Positions 51,758-60,383 of a stretch of 64,000 nucleotides of DNA are shown here, piece by piece (positions within the stretch are counted from its first letter, which is position 1; each line of letters begins with the position of its first letter). Source of the stretch: Gemmataceae bacterium (GTDB lineage: Bacteria > Planctomycetota > Planctomycetia > Gemmatales > Gemmataceae); the NCBI GenBank assembly GCA_041694635.1, contig JBDNHI010000103.1, positions 50,829 through 114,828 of the forward strand, given 5' to 3'. Both the position numbers and the translations under genes were made by a program. The notes under the pieces were generated by a model. The model was not told the origin of the DNA. It worked only from the letters and a program-made list of their open reading frames with translations, and searched no databases.

Positions 51758-52627
51758 ATGATATCAATGTCCACCTTCTTAACTTTTGCCCTCGTTTCTT
51801 TCGCTGCGGAACCTCAAACCTCACTGCTTTGGCCCAATGGCGCACCTGGCGCTTTAGGAACCGAAGACAAAGATAAACCTTCCCTTACTGTTTATCTTCC
51901 CCCCAAAGATACAGCCAATGGTGCTGCCGTTGTCGTTTGCCCGGGCGGTGGCTACGGCGGACTTGCAATCGGCCACGAAGGTAAGGACATTGCAGAATTC
52001 CTGAACAAAAATGGCATAACCGCGTTTGTCTTAAAATACAGGCTTGGAACTAAATACCATCACCCCGTACCTTTAATGGATGCGCAACGGGCCATTCGAA
52101 CAGCACGGGCAAAGTCTGCTGATTATGGGGTTGATTCAAAAAAGATTGGCATCTGGGGGTTTTCTGCAGGTGGGCACCTTGCTTCCACCGCTGCGACACA
52201 GTTTGATTTAGGCAAATCTGAAGCAGAAGATGCAATTGAAAAAGTAAGTTGCAGGCCCGATTTCTTGATACTTTGCTATCCGGTAATAACCTTCGAGCCA
52301 CCCTTTGCTCATATGGGGTCGCGCAATAACTTGCTGGGTAAAGATGCGGATGCTAAATTGGTAGAGAGTTTATGTAACCAGAATAGAGTGACAGCGCAAA
52401 CTCCACCAACTTTTTTGTTTCACACCGATGAAGATTCGGGTGTGCCACCAGAAAACAGCATTTTGTTCTACCTTGCATTAAAAAAACACAAAGTGCCTGC
52501 AGAGCTACACATTTATGAAAAAGGCAAACACGGAGTAGGACTAGCTCCGAATATGGGGGAAACAGGAACTTGGCCCGACCGCTTAATCGGCTGGTTAAAA
52601 GTAAGGCAATTAATTCCTGTGAAGTAA
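51758..52627 (+). CDS. Secreted alpha/beta-hydrolase (esterase/lipase, carbohydrate-esterase-like)
   Basis: Signal peptide is present. VVVCPGGGYGG is the oxyanion region. The nucleophile elbow is GIWGFSAGGHLA. FLFHTDEDSGVP and HIYEKGKHG provide the acid and His. Confidence 0.85.
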   Translation: MISMSTFLTFALVSFAAEPQTSLLWPNGAPGALGTEDKDKPSLTVYLPPKDTANGAAVVVCPGGGYGGLAIGHEGKDIAEFLNKNGITAFVLKYRLGTKYHHPVPLMDAQRAIRTARAKSADYGVDSKKIGIWGFSAGGHLASTAATQFDLGKSEAEDAIEKVSCRPDFLILCYPVITFEPPFAHMGSRNNLLGKDADAKLVESLCNQNRVTAQTPPTFLFHTDEDSGVPPENSILFYLALKKHKVPAELHIYEKGKHGVGLAPNMGETGTWPDRLIGWLKVRQLIPVK

Positions 52628-52816
52628 GCCTTCAGTAAGGGAATTTGGCATCCTCTCTTGACGGCTTTGCGTAATTTGAACTAAACTTTAAAGAGTTAAG
52701 GTAATTTGGGTGGGCAATTTGCAGGGTGCTTTTCTGCAAAGATTAAAAGTGTTTGCCAAGCTTACCTTTAAAGCTGGGATTAGAGATAGCATCAAGGATG
52801 AAAGCGGCTCTGCGTT

Positions 52817-53710
52817 ATGCATAGGGTTACCACCGCAGGTTGGTTGCAAATATGGGCTAATGCCAAGCTTAATTTCTATCTAGAAATACTGGGCAAAAGG
52901 CCAGATGGATACCACGAATTAAGTACATTTATGGTGCCTGTGGGGTTGCAAGATGTATTGGAATTTCGAAAAGAAGAGTCAGATAAAATCGAGCTTTGGT
53001 GCGATTCGAAAGAGTTATCGACGGGGCCAGAAAACTTAATAATTCGAGCAGCAAGGATGATGCAAGAAGAAAGTAAAAAAGCTGTAGGAGCAAAAATCCG
53101 GTTGTTTAAACGGATACCGATGGCTGCAGGCTTAGGCGGTGGTTCTTCAAATGCAGCTGCCACTTTGATCGCCCTTAACCAGCTTTGGAACTTAAATCTT
53201 TCTCTCCAACAACTTTTAATTATAGCTGCTCAGCTTGGCAGCGATGTGCCTTTTTTTCTTTACGATAGCCCAGCTTGGTGCTTGGGCAGGGGAGAAAAAA
53301 TTTCGCCCTCTTCTTTCTTTACTAACTTTAGCATTTTGATTGTAAAACCTTATTTTGGGCTCTCCACTCCTAAGGTTTATTCTCAATTGAAAATCCCTTC
53401 CTCGCCTATGGATCAAACCAAAGTTGAAGCTCTCCTTTCAACTTCGTTAAATTTGCAAAAGGCTTTGTTTAACCGATTGCAGGAACCAGCAATTCAGCTT
53501 GAGCCTGCTCTACAACTTTTGCTAGATTCGCTTTCTAGCAACGGGGCGAAAAACCCAATGCTAAGCGGCAGCGGATCTGCTATCTTTGTTCTTTTTGAAA
53601 ACGATGGGCAAGCTCTCCTTGCGTTAAAAAAATTGCTCAACGGCCCTGCGAAAAACATTATTCAACATACTTTTATCACAAGGCAGGCTTTTAATTCCTG
53701 CGTTAATTAA
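52817..53710 (+). CDS. ispE: 4-(cytidine 5'-diphospho)-2-C-methyl-D-erythritol kinase
   Basis: AKLNFYLEILGKRPDGYHEL and the GHMP kinase motif IPMAAGLGGGSSNAAATL. GSGSAIFVLF is present. Confidence 0.9.
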   Translation: MHRVTTAGWLQIWANAKLNFYLEILGKRPDGYHELSTFMVPVGLQDVLEFRKEESDKIELWCDSKELSTGPENLIIRAARMMQEESKKAVGAKIRLFKRIPMAAGLGGGSSNAAATLIALNQLWNLNLSLQQLLIIAAQLGSDVPFFLYDSPAWCLGRGEKISPSSFFTNFSILIVKPYFGLSTPKVYSQLKIPSSPMDQTKVEALLSTSLNLQKALFNRLQEPAIQLEPALQLLLDSLSSNGAKNPMLSGSGSAIFVLFENDGQALLALKKLLNGPAKNIIQHTFITRQAFNSCVN

Positions 53711-53728
53711 TCATCAAGGAGAGGCGTT

Positions 53729-54220
53729 ATGGTCATTACAGAAGTTCGCATCAAACTAATGGAAAGTAACAACGATAACGAAAAGCTTCAGGCTTTTTGC
53801 TCGATCACATTTGATCATTCGTTTGTCATTCGGGATTTAAAAATCATTGAAGGAAATAGGGGCTGGTTTGTGGCTATGCCTAGTAGAAAATTGATGGATC
53901 GTTGCCCTGATTGTTCATTTAAAAACCAACTTAAAGCCCGGTTTTGTAATCAATGTGGTTACAAACTTGGAGAGTTCAAAGGGATTGGACGGGACTCGAG
54001 CGGGAAACAGAAAATGCACGCAGATATTGCACATCCGATTAACCCTAGTTGCAGAGATAATATCCAACAAGTTGTGATCAAAGCCTTTCAATCAGAAAAG
54101 GAAAAAGCGAAGTTGCCTGGGTATATCTGCAGCTACGAGGAACTAGATTATGAGACACCGAGTTATGCAGAAAACCAAAGTGATGAAAAGGTGGGTTATA
54201 AAACTCCTACCCAAGATTAA
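53729..54220 (+). CDS. spoVG: SpoVG-family protein with an internal zinc-ribbon insertion and acidic tail
   Basis: ITEVRIKL...LQAFCSITFDHSFVIRDLKIIEGNRGWFVAMPSRK and ADIAHPINPSCRDNIQQVVIKAF match the SpoVG core. It lies directly downstream of ispE, as in many bacteria. Confidence 0.85.
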   Translation: MVITEVRIKLMESNNDNEKLQAFCSITFDHSFVIRDLKIIEGNRGWFVAMPSRKLMDRCPDCSFKNQLKARFCNQCGYKLGEFKGIGRDSSGKQKMHADIAHPINPSCRDNIQQVVIKAFQSEKEKAKLPGYICSYEELDYETPSYAENQSDEKVGYKTPTQD

Positions 54221-54677
54221 GATTTTCTTTATAACAGCGGCAACGCATCTATAAAAATTTGATCTTAAAGGTGGCTTAAAGCATCTTCTTTTATAGCTAT
54301 ACAACCCATTTTTTCTATCTTCACTTCGAGTTTGAAAATATTTACCCGTTCAGTAAGTCGTACAGTAGAAATTAGTTTCAATGTTTGATTCATTAAACTT
54401 ACCTTTGCACAAAGATGCAAGGAGAGGTTTGGGGGTGTAGCCCAATAAAGGCCCAAGGCGTTATCAAGGAAAGGTTACAAAAGTCTGGGTCAGACAAGGC
54501 TTATAAATACTGGGGTTTTTGTATTTATAACTCCTCTGCTAAGGGAGAGACCTTGTTAAGTAGATAGGCCTAGCCTAGCAAGATAAGGCGTTATTTTAAA
54601 AATAAACATAAGTATGATCGCCTTCGGAAAATCAAGCTGGGCAAGGTATGAGAAAAGCTGGGAACTTTTCTAATTAT

Positions 54678-54730
54678 CCCGATTATTCGCCTGCGAAAAC
54701 CCATTCGCTTGCGAATAAGCGGGTTTTTTT
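54678..54730 (+). terminator. Intrinsic terminator-like hairpin plus U-run in the long spoVG-downstream spacer
   Basis: cccgattattcgc (54678-54690) pairs with gcgaataagcggg (54711-54723) with one mismatch. It encloses a small inner hairpin gcgaa/ttcgc and is followed by ttttttt (54724-54730). Confidence 0.55.
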
Positions 54731-54827
54731 ATGCAAGTTCTTTCGATAATTTCGCTTTTATATTGCCTAGCACTATTAAAGGTGAAATAATTAATATTAT
54801 ACGGTCCTTACCCCCAAGGTATTAAAT

Positions 54828-56078
54828 ATGAAAAACATCTCATTTAAGACCGGCGCTTTAGCACTAGTTTTAAGTTTATTTGTCACTCTTGCAATTCCCT
54901 CCTCTGCCAAAGCAGAAGCTATGGATGTAAACTTTAAGACTTACGATGGAGTAATCTTATCGGGGAAGTTTTACCCAAGTGCAAAGCCTAAGGAAGGCGC
55001 AACTGTAATTCTTCTGCACGAATTTGCAATTCGTAAGGGGGGCGATAGTTCTCAAGATGGTTGGGAAAAACTTGCGCTTGATCTTCAAGCTAAAGGCCAA
55101 ACGGTATTAAGTTTTGATTTTCGAGGTCATGGTAAAAGCGTGAACATTGATCCAAAGTTTTGGCTAAACCTTCATAATAGAACCCTTCCTGGTGCTGCTT
55201 CTGCAAAACAGACTAAAATCAATTTCTCTGAATTTCCCGCCGCTTACTATCCTCACCTTGTGAACGATATAACTGCTGCTAAGGCATTTCTTGATATTAG
55301 AAATGATGATGGCGAAGCTAACACCTCCAATCTCGTTGTTATTGGTGCAGGTGAGGGTGCTACCCTTGGCGCCCTTTGGATGGCAAGTGAATGGCGCAGA
55401 GTACAATGTGAATCTGTTGATATTACTCCGGGTAGTGGAGTTTTAAACCTTAGGCCTGCACAGGCGAAAAAATTTATTCTTAAGCCTATGACCGCAGTCG
55501 ACCCCGAAGGGACCGCACAATTGGCCGCTGTTTGGATTTCAATTAGCCCAACCCTAGGTGGCAAAAATGTTGCTACTCAACTTTCGGGCTGGCTTAGAGA
55601 CATCAATATGCCCAGGCCTAGGCGAGTTCAAACCGTCTTCTTTACCGGAACTAAAGATAAAGCCCTTGATGATTTTTCTCTCGCACAACTAAAAAAGATT
55701 AAGCTAGGCTTTATCAGAGATAAGAAAGAGGGCGATCCCAAAACCAAATCGACTGGCAAGGAAGACCAAAAATGGACTGGCGAATTCAAATATGATTCTA
55801 ATAAAGTTGGTAGCAAATTACTTGCCGAAGCTAACGATGATCTTGTTAATAATTATATGGCAGGCATTACTAAAAAAGGTGAGATCAGCCTACGAACCTT
55901 TAGCAAAAAGAAATCGGATGATGAAAAATCTGCTTTCTCTTGGATTAATGGCCTTCTGGATAAAACAGGAAATCCAGTTCCCCAATTAAACCTTTCTAAC
56001 CTTATCTATGCCAAGACCCCAGGCGATGTACTCGGAATTCAGCCCCTACCAATCCGGATGATGGGCTTTACCAACTAA
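54828..56078 (+). CDS. Secreted alpha/beta-hydrolase-fold protein lacking an obvious nucleophile
   Basis: Signal peptide is present. ATVILLHEF...GQTVLSFDFRGHGKS is an alpha/beta-hydrolase N-terminal pattern. The elbow position reads VVIGAGEGATLG, with no Ser. Confidence 0.65.
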   Translation: MKNISFKTGALALVLSLFVTLAIPSSAKAEAMDVNFKTYDGVILSGKFYPSAKPKEGATVILLHEFAIRKGGDSSQDGWEKLALDLQAKGQTVLSFDFRGHGKSVNIDPKFWLNLHNRTLPGAASAKQTKINFSEFPAAYYPHLVNDITAAKAFLDIRNDDGEANTSNLVVIGAGEGATLGALWMASEWRRVQCESVDITPGSGVLNLRPAQAKKFILKPMTAVDPEGTAQLAAVWISISPTLGGKNVATQLSGWLRDINMPRPRRVQTVFFTGTKDKALDDFSLAQLKKIKLGFIRDKKEGDPKTKSTGKEDQKWTGEFKYDSNKVGSKLLAEANDDLVNNYMAGITKKGEISLRTFSKKKSDDEKSAFSWINGLLDKTGNPVPQLNLSNLIYAKTPGDVLGIQPLPIRMMGFTN

Positions 56079-56100
56079 TTTCTCTAGTGTCAATGCTAGT

Positions 56101-56140
56101 GGCTTCCCTGAAATCAACTTTCAGGGAAGCCTTCTTTATT
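56101..56140. terminator. Bidirectional intrinsic terminator between convergent genes
   Basis: Perfect 13-bp stem ggcttccctgaaa / tttcagggaagcc with loop tcaac, followed by a T-rich tract. Confidence 0.7.
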
Positions 56141-56154
56141 TATTTAGGCTCTTT

Positions 56155-57066
56155 TTATAACGATGAGGATAACTCCGTTCTCACTGTTTCCAACAATTTC
56201 TTTGTAGCTTTAATACCATCGGTTTCACTTAACTTGCTACCTTCATATTCAATTCCAACATAACCATCGAACTTAGCGGCAAGAACGATTTTCATCATCT
56301 TGCGATAATCGGTTTTAGTTTCGTTACCTTTAGCATCGAAGTCGTGAGTTTTCGCACTAACGCCCTTAGCAAAAGGCATAAGTTCTTGAACGCCTTTATA
56401 GCGGTCATATTCTTCATCTTTGCTAACGCGGAAATTGCCGAAGTCTGGCAAAGTGCCACAAGTGGGAATACCGACTTTTTTGATGGTTGCAGCAAGCCAA
56501 GCGCCATTGCTGGATAAGCCGCCATGGTTTTCAACAATCACATTAATCTGCATTTTGCCCGCCCATTCAGAAAGCATGCGCAAGCCATCGGAAGCCCTAT
56601 TCATTTGCTCTTCGTAAGAACCGCTGCTGCCCGCATTAACACGGATGGAATGGCAACCAAGGATTTTGGCCCATTCAACCCAGCGGTAATGATTCTCGAC
56701 TGCGAGTGTACGCTTCTTTTCATCTGCATCACCCAACTGGCCTTCGCCATCGCACATAATCAAAACGCTTTTCACATTAAGGTCATCACATTTTTTGCGA
56801 AGTTCTTTGACATACCCATCATCTTTTTTCTTGTCTTTATAAAACTGGTTGACATATTCGACAGCGTTGATGCCAAATTCTTCTTTCGAGATTTTAGGGA
56901 AATCTCCAGCATCGATTTTCTTGCCAAAAATAGCCTTATGCAAGGACCATTGGGCAAGGGAAATATCAAATAGAAGTTTCACAGGCGCAGCCAACACCAA
57001 CCCCGAACCAAAGCTAGAACTTAAACCAGTGGCAGTTAAGCAAGAAACAAATTCTCTACGATTCAT
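56155..57066 (-). CDS. Xylose isomerase-like TIM-barrel protein (sugar phosphate isomerase/epimerase family) with Tat signal
   Basis: [17 protein letters not shown]...LVLA is a twin-arginine signal. Motifs [14 protein letters not shown] and YVGIEYEG are present. Confidence 0.85.
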   Translation of the reverse strand: MNRREFVSCLTATGLSSSFGSGLVLAAPVKLLFDISLAQWSLHKAIFGKKIDAGDFPKISKEEFGINAVEYVNQFYKDKKKDDGYVKELRKKCDDLNVKSVLIMCDGEGQLGDADEKKRTLAVENHYRWVEWAKILGCHSIRVNAGSSGSYEEQMNRASDGLRMLSEWAGKMQINVIVENHGGLSSNGAWLAATIKKVGIPTCGTLPDFGNFRVSKDEEYDRYKGVQELMPFAKGVSAKTHDFDAKGNETKTDYRKMMKIVLAAKFDGYVGIEYEGSKLSETDGIKATKKLLETVRTELSSSL

Positions 57067-57163
57067 CGTGGTTTCCTTTAAAAAAATCAGATAATCTAAA
57101 CTGTTGAAATTATAAAGTAGAATCTGATAGATGTAACCAACAAAAACTTAGGAGTATTTAAAT

Positions 57164-57619
57164 ATGGCTTCGTCATTACTAGAAGAGTCGTGTATGAATG
57201 AAGCAATTCTTGAAGCAAAGAAAGGCTTAGAAGAAGGGGGAATTCCAATTGGTTCGGTTATTGAATACCAAGGGAAGATTATAGGCCGCGGCCACAATCG
57301 CAGGGTTCAAAAATCTAGTGCTATTCTTCACGGTGAAATGGACGCTCTTGAAAATGCGGGCAGATTACCCGCACATATTTACCGCAAGTGTACGCTTTTT
57401 ACCACCCTTTCACCTTGTCCTATGTGTTCAGGTGCCATCCTTCTTTACCAAATTCCCAAAGTCATTATCGGAGAAAATAAAACCTTTATGGGTGAAGAAC
57501 AACTTCTCCAAAGTAAAAAAGTGCAGATTATTGTAAAACAAGATCTTCGCTGTATCGAAATGATGCAGCAATTTATTTCTTCGTGCCCAAGTCTTTGGAA
57601 TGAAGATATCGGAAAATAA
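57164..57619 (+). CDS. CDA-fold cytosine deaminase (yeast FCY1-like)
   Basis: GRGHNRRVQKSSAILHGEMDALENAGRL, TLFTTLSPCPMCSGAILLYQIPKVIIGEN and the C-terminal MQQFISSCPSLWNEDIGK. From memory these are nearly collinear with FCY1 (HGEISTLEN...SPCDMCTGA...WFEDIGE). Confidence 0.8.
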   Translation: MASSLLEESCMNEAILEAKKGLEEGGIPIGSVIEYQGKIIGRGHNRRVQKSSAILHGEMDALENAGRLPAHIYRKCTLFTTLSPCPMCSGAILLYQIPKVIIGENKTFMGEEQLLQSKKVQIIVKQDLRCIEMMQQFISSCPSLWNEDIGK

Positions 57620-57640
57620 GAACCAAGCAAAAGTCATCCA

Positions 57641-58687
57641 TTACTTTTCTGCTTTAAGTAACATTTCTTTCACTTGAACCTTAGCACCATTAAGGCGCTT
57701 GCTTTGATGTGCGGCTTCCATAAAAGCAAAAATTTCGAGAGTTTCCTCTGCACTTACTGGAACCGGGGCGCCTTTAAAAAACTTCGCCATCTCTATTGCT
57801 ATACCTTCGTAGCCCATGTATTTATCGTTTGTAGGAACCAACCCTTTAACCGGTACACCGTGCCCGTAGACTCCAGAAACGGAAACTCCTTTTTCGCCAA
57901 AAACAGTGGCACTGTATTTAATCGCCCCTGTTTTAATTCCACGGTAAGTTCCTATTCTGCCATCTGACCAAGTACCGGTTACCGATTCCGTAATTGGAGT
58001 CGAAGTGCAAGAAACTGCAACACAACCCTTACCCATAATTGCATAAAGTGCTTCAATGCTATGAAGTGCGTGCCAGTAAAGCTCTGCGTGATGAGAAATA
58101 GTAGGGCAACCGCCATAAATATCACAGCCCAAAACAGAACCAACTTCAGGATGATTTTTCATTCCAATAAAACCTGGGCTGAATCGATGTTGGGAACTTG
58201 TCCAGCAGGGGGTTTTGGTTTGTTCTGCTAAACGAAGTATTGCTACAGCATCCGAAAATGAAGCTGCAAGAGGTCGACCGATATAAACGCGTTTGCCAGC
58301 TTTCAACACTGCACTTGCTTGTTGCAAATGCTTGCGACCATCAAGGCTCATCACCATCACCACATCACAACTCGCAAGCAAATCTTCTATCGAATCAACC
58401 ATTTTAACATCATACTTCAAGAGTTGTTCTTTCCATTTAGGTAGGCTAGAAACACTTTCGGGTATGTCACTGCTTGCTTTATCGGGAAAAGCAGCGACTA
58501 CTTTTAAGCCGGCTAAATTTCCCATTGCATTGGGATCATTAAATAATTGCGTGTATGCAACCGCTTGGTAATTGTCGATACCCAGAACCCCAACACGAAC
58601 AACTTTGGGTACTTGTGCCCAAAGAGTCGCACAGGGAATTGCAAGAAGAACTAAGGAAAGAAATCGCGTGAGAAAAAACTGGATCAT
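57641..58687 (-). CDS. Secreted Gfo/Idh/MocA-family oxidoreductase
   Basis: A signal peptide is followed by the Rossmann start VRVGVLGIDNYQAVAY. The overall length and pattern fit the family. Confidence 0.78.
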   Translation of the reverse strand: MIQFFLTRFLSLVLLAIPCATLWAQVPKVVRVGVLGIDNYQAVAYTQLFNDPNAMGNLAGLKVVAAFPDKASSDIPESVSSLPKWKEQLLKYDVKMVDSIEDLLASCDVVMVMSLDGRKHLQQASAVLKAGKRVYIGRPLAASFSDAVAILRLAEQTKTPCWTSSQHRFSPGFIGMKNHPEVGSVLGCDIYGGCPTISHHAELYWHALHSIEALYAIMGKGCVAVSCTSTPITESVTGTWSDGRIGTYRGIKTGAIKYSATVFGEKGVSVSGVYGHGVPVKGLVPTNDKYMGYEGIAIEMAKFFKGAPVPVSAEETLEIFAFMEAAHQSKRLNGAKVQVKEMLLKAEK

Positions 58688-58986
58688 AGGTCACAACTTT
58701 CAAAAAAGGTGTAGGTAGGAATATTAAAGCTAAACCCCTAGACCAAGAAAATAAAGCCAAAACTAGAAAGAAGGCCCAAATTAGGTAGAAATATTTTCTG
58801 CAAACTTCGCTATTATTAGTACAAACATTCTGGTTCCCCGCACATTCTCTAAAAAATCTCTGTTTTTACAATAATTTGGATTCTATTGCGTATCAAAATA
58901 CGATAATTTATAATGTGATATACTTCGTGAGTAAGTTTTTTAACCCGCCTAATCGAATTATCCTGCCTTTATCTGGAGACCTAAAG

Positions 58987-60345
58987 ATGGTTCAAACTCA
59001 AGCAAGGCGCGATTTATCACGCAGAAACTTTCTCAAGATCGGTGCGTTTGGGGCTGGTGGATTTACTCTTCCAGAATTGCTCAAGGCTGAAGCCGCAGCA
59101 GGTATCAAATCATCCCAAAAATCTGTCATCCTCATTTACCTGGTCGGTGGCCCTCCCCACCAAGATATGTTCGACCTCAAGCCAGATGCACCAAAGGAAA
59201 TCGCTGGGCCGTGGAAGCCAATCGCAACCAATGTCAATGGCATTCAAATTTGCGAAGCCTTTCCTCTTCTTGCTAGTATGATGGATAAAATTACGATCAT
59301 CCGATCCATCGTAGATAATCAGGCAGGGCACGATGCGATTCAAGTATTCAATGGCCACAACCCCAAGAAGTTAACCCCAGCGGGGGGATGGCCTCAGTTT
59401 GGTTCAACCATTGCCAAGATTCAAGGCCCTGTAGATAAAGCAACGCCACCGTTCATCAGTTTATGTTACACTTGCACTCACGGGCCTTATAACGAGCCAG
59501 GCCCAGGGTTTTTAGGTGCCTCTAATTCTCCATTCAAGCCAATGGGGCCTTCTCGTAAAGATATGATTCTTCAAGGCATTACCGTCAATCAATTAGGAGA
59601 AAGAAAAAATCTCCTTCAAAGTTTTGATAATATGCGACGCGATGCCGATGCCAAAGGTACCCTCAAAGGAATGGACACCTTCAACGAACAAGCATTTGGG
59701 TTACTGACCTCATCTCGGTTAGCAGATGCCCTTGATTTATCGAAAGAGCACCCCCGCACGGTTGAACGCTATGGTACAGGCGACCCAACAAAAATGATTG
59801 ATGGAAATGGTGCCCCGCGTGTTCCCCAAAGTATGCTCGTAGCAAGACGACTTATTGAAGCAGGGGCCCGTGTAGTTACCCTTAATTACAGTAAATGGGA
59901 TTGGCACGGAGGAATGAAAGCCGAGGGCCGTGATAATAATTCTATCTTCGTTCGCGAGAAAGAAGACTTCCCTGTTTTTGATAAATGCGTCAGCGCTTTA
60001 ATAGAAGACCTTCACCTTCGAGGCCTAGATAAAGATTGCAGTGTAGTAATAATGGGAGAATTTGGCCGTACTCCTAAGATTAGCAATATTACAGGCCGGG
60101 ACCATTGGCCCCAAGTAAACTGTGCCCTAATTGCAGGGGGCGGAATGAAAATGGGACAAGTCATTGGCGCAACCGACCGCATTGCAGGCGATGCTACGCA
60201 ACGACCCGTTCGTTTCGGAGAAATTTACTCCACCCTCTATCACAACCTTGGTATTAACACCAACGAGATTACTTTGACCGACCTAAACGGCAGGCCACAG
60301 TTCTTGGTTGAAGATAATGCCCAACCGATTCAAGAGTTAGTTTAA
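58987..60345 (+). CDS. DUF1501 domain protein (sulfatase-fold), Tat signal
   Basis: ARRDLSRRNFLKIGAFGAGG, VILIYLVGGPPHQDMFDLKP, WDWHG and GEFGRTPKI...GRDHWP. ATG 58987 is preferred over the upstream extension at 58876. Confidence 0.9.
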   Translation: MVQTQARRDLSRRNFLKIGAFGAGGFTLPELLKAEAAAGIKSSQKSVILIYLVGGPPHQDMFDLKPDAPKEIAGPWKPIATNVNGIQICEAFPLLASMMDKITIIRSIVDNQAGHDAIQVFNGHNPKKLTPAGGWPQFGSTIAKIQGPVDKATPPFISLCYTCTHGPYNEPGPGFLGASNSPFKPMGPSRKDMILQGITVNQLGERKNLLQSFDNMRRDADAKGTLKGMDTFNEQAFGLLTSSRLADALDLSKEHPRTVERYGTGDPTKMIDGNGAPRVPQSMLVARRLIEAGARVVTLNYSKWDWHGGMKAEGRDNNSIFVREKEDFPVFDKCVSALIEDLHLRGLDKDCSVVIMGEFGRTPKISNITGRDHWPQVNCALIAGGGMKMGQVIGATDRIAGDATQRPVRFGEIYSTLYHNLGINTNEITLTDLNGRPQFLVEDNAQPIQELV

Positions 60346-60383
60346 TATCTCAAAAATTACATCGCTCGTCCTCTCGGCTTGGA

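Noticed and set aside
54265-54456. 63-aa minus-strand ORF in the long spacer
   Set aside because: It has no Shine-Dalgarno-like sequence, no recognisable motif and an odd composition. It is too weak to call.
54614-54673. 19-codon ORF (MIAFGKSSWARYEKSWELF) just upstream of the terminator, considered as an attenuation leader peptide
   Set aside because: It has no ribosome-binding site. The two Trp codons are not adjacent. The downstream gene is unrelated to amino-acid biosynthesis. I kept it only as a remark within the sRNA/leader finding.
56524-56973. 149-aa plus-strand ORF, plus similar long antisense or alternate-frame ORFs (6619-7017, 8029-8448, 15353-15748, 24831-25265, 50093-50473, 17834-18214)
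   Set aside because: Each is nested inside a gene with clear family motifs on the other strand or frame. None shows a recognisable domain, signal or ribosome-binding context.
58876-58986. N-terminal extensions of track ORFs (also 22179-22232, 47559-47582, 50072-50083, 19723-19821, 29137-29175, 32679-32723, 37065-37139, 12535-12579)
   Set aside because: In each case an internal ATG gives a canonical N-terminus (a signal peptide, a Tat motif or a conserved family start). The upstream part uses rare starts or overlaps the neighbouring gene.
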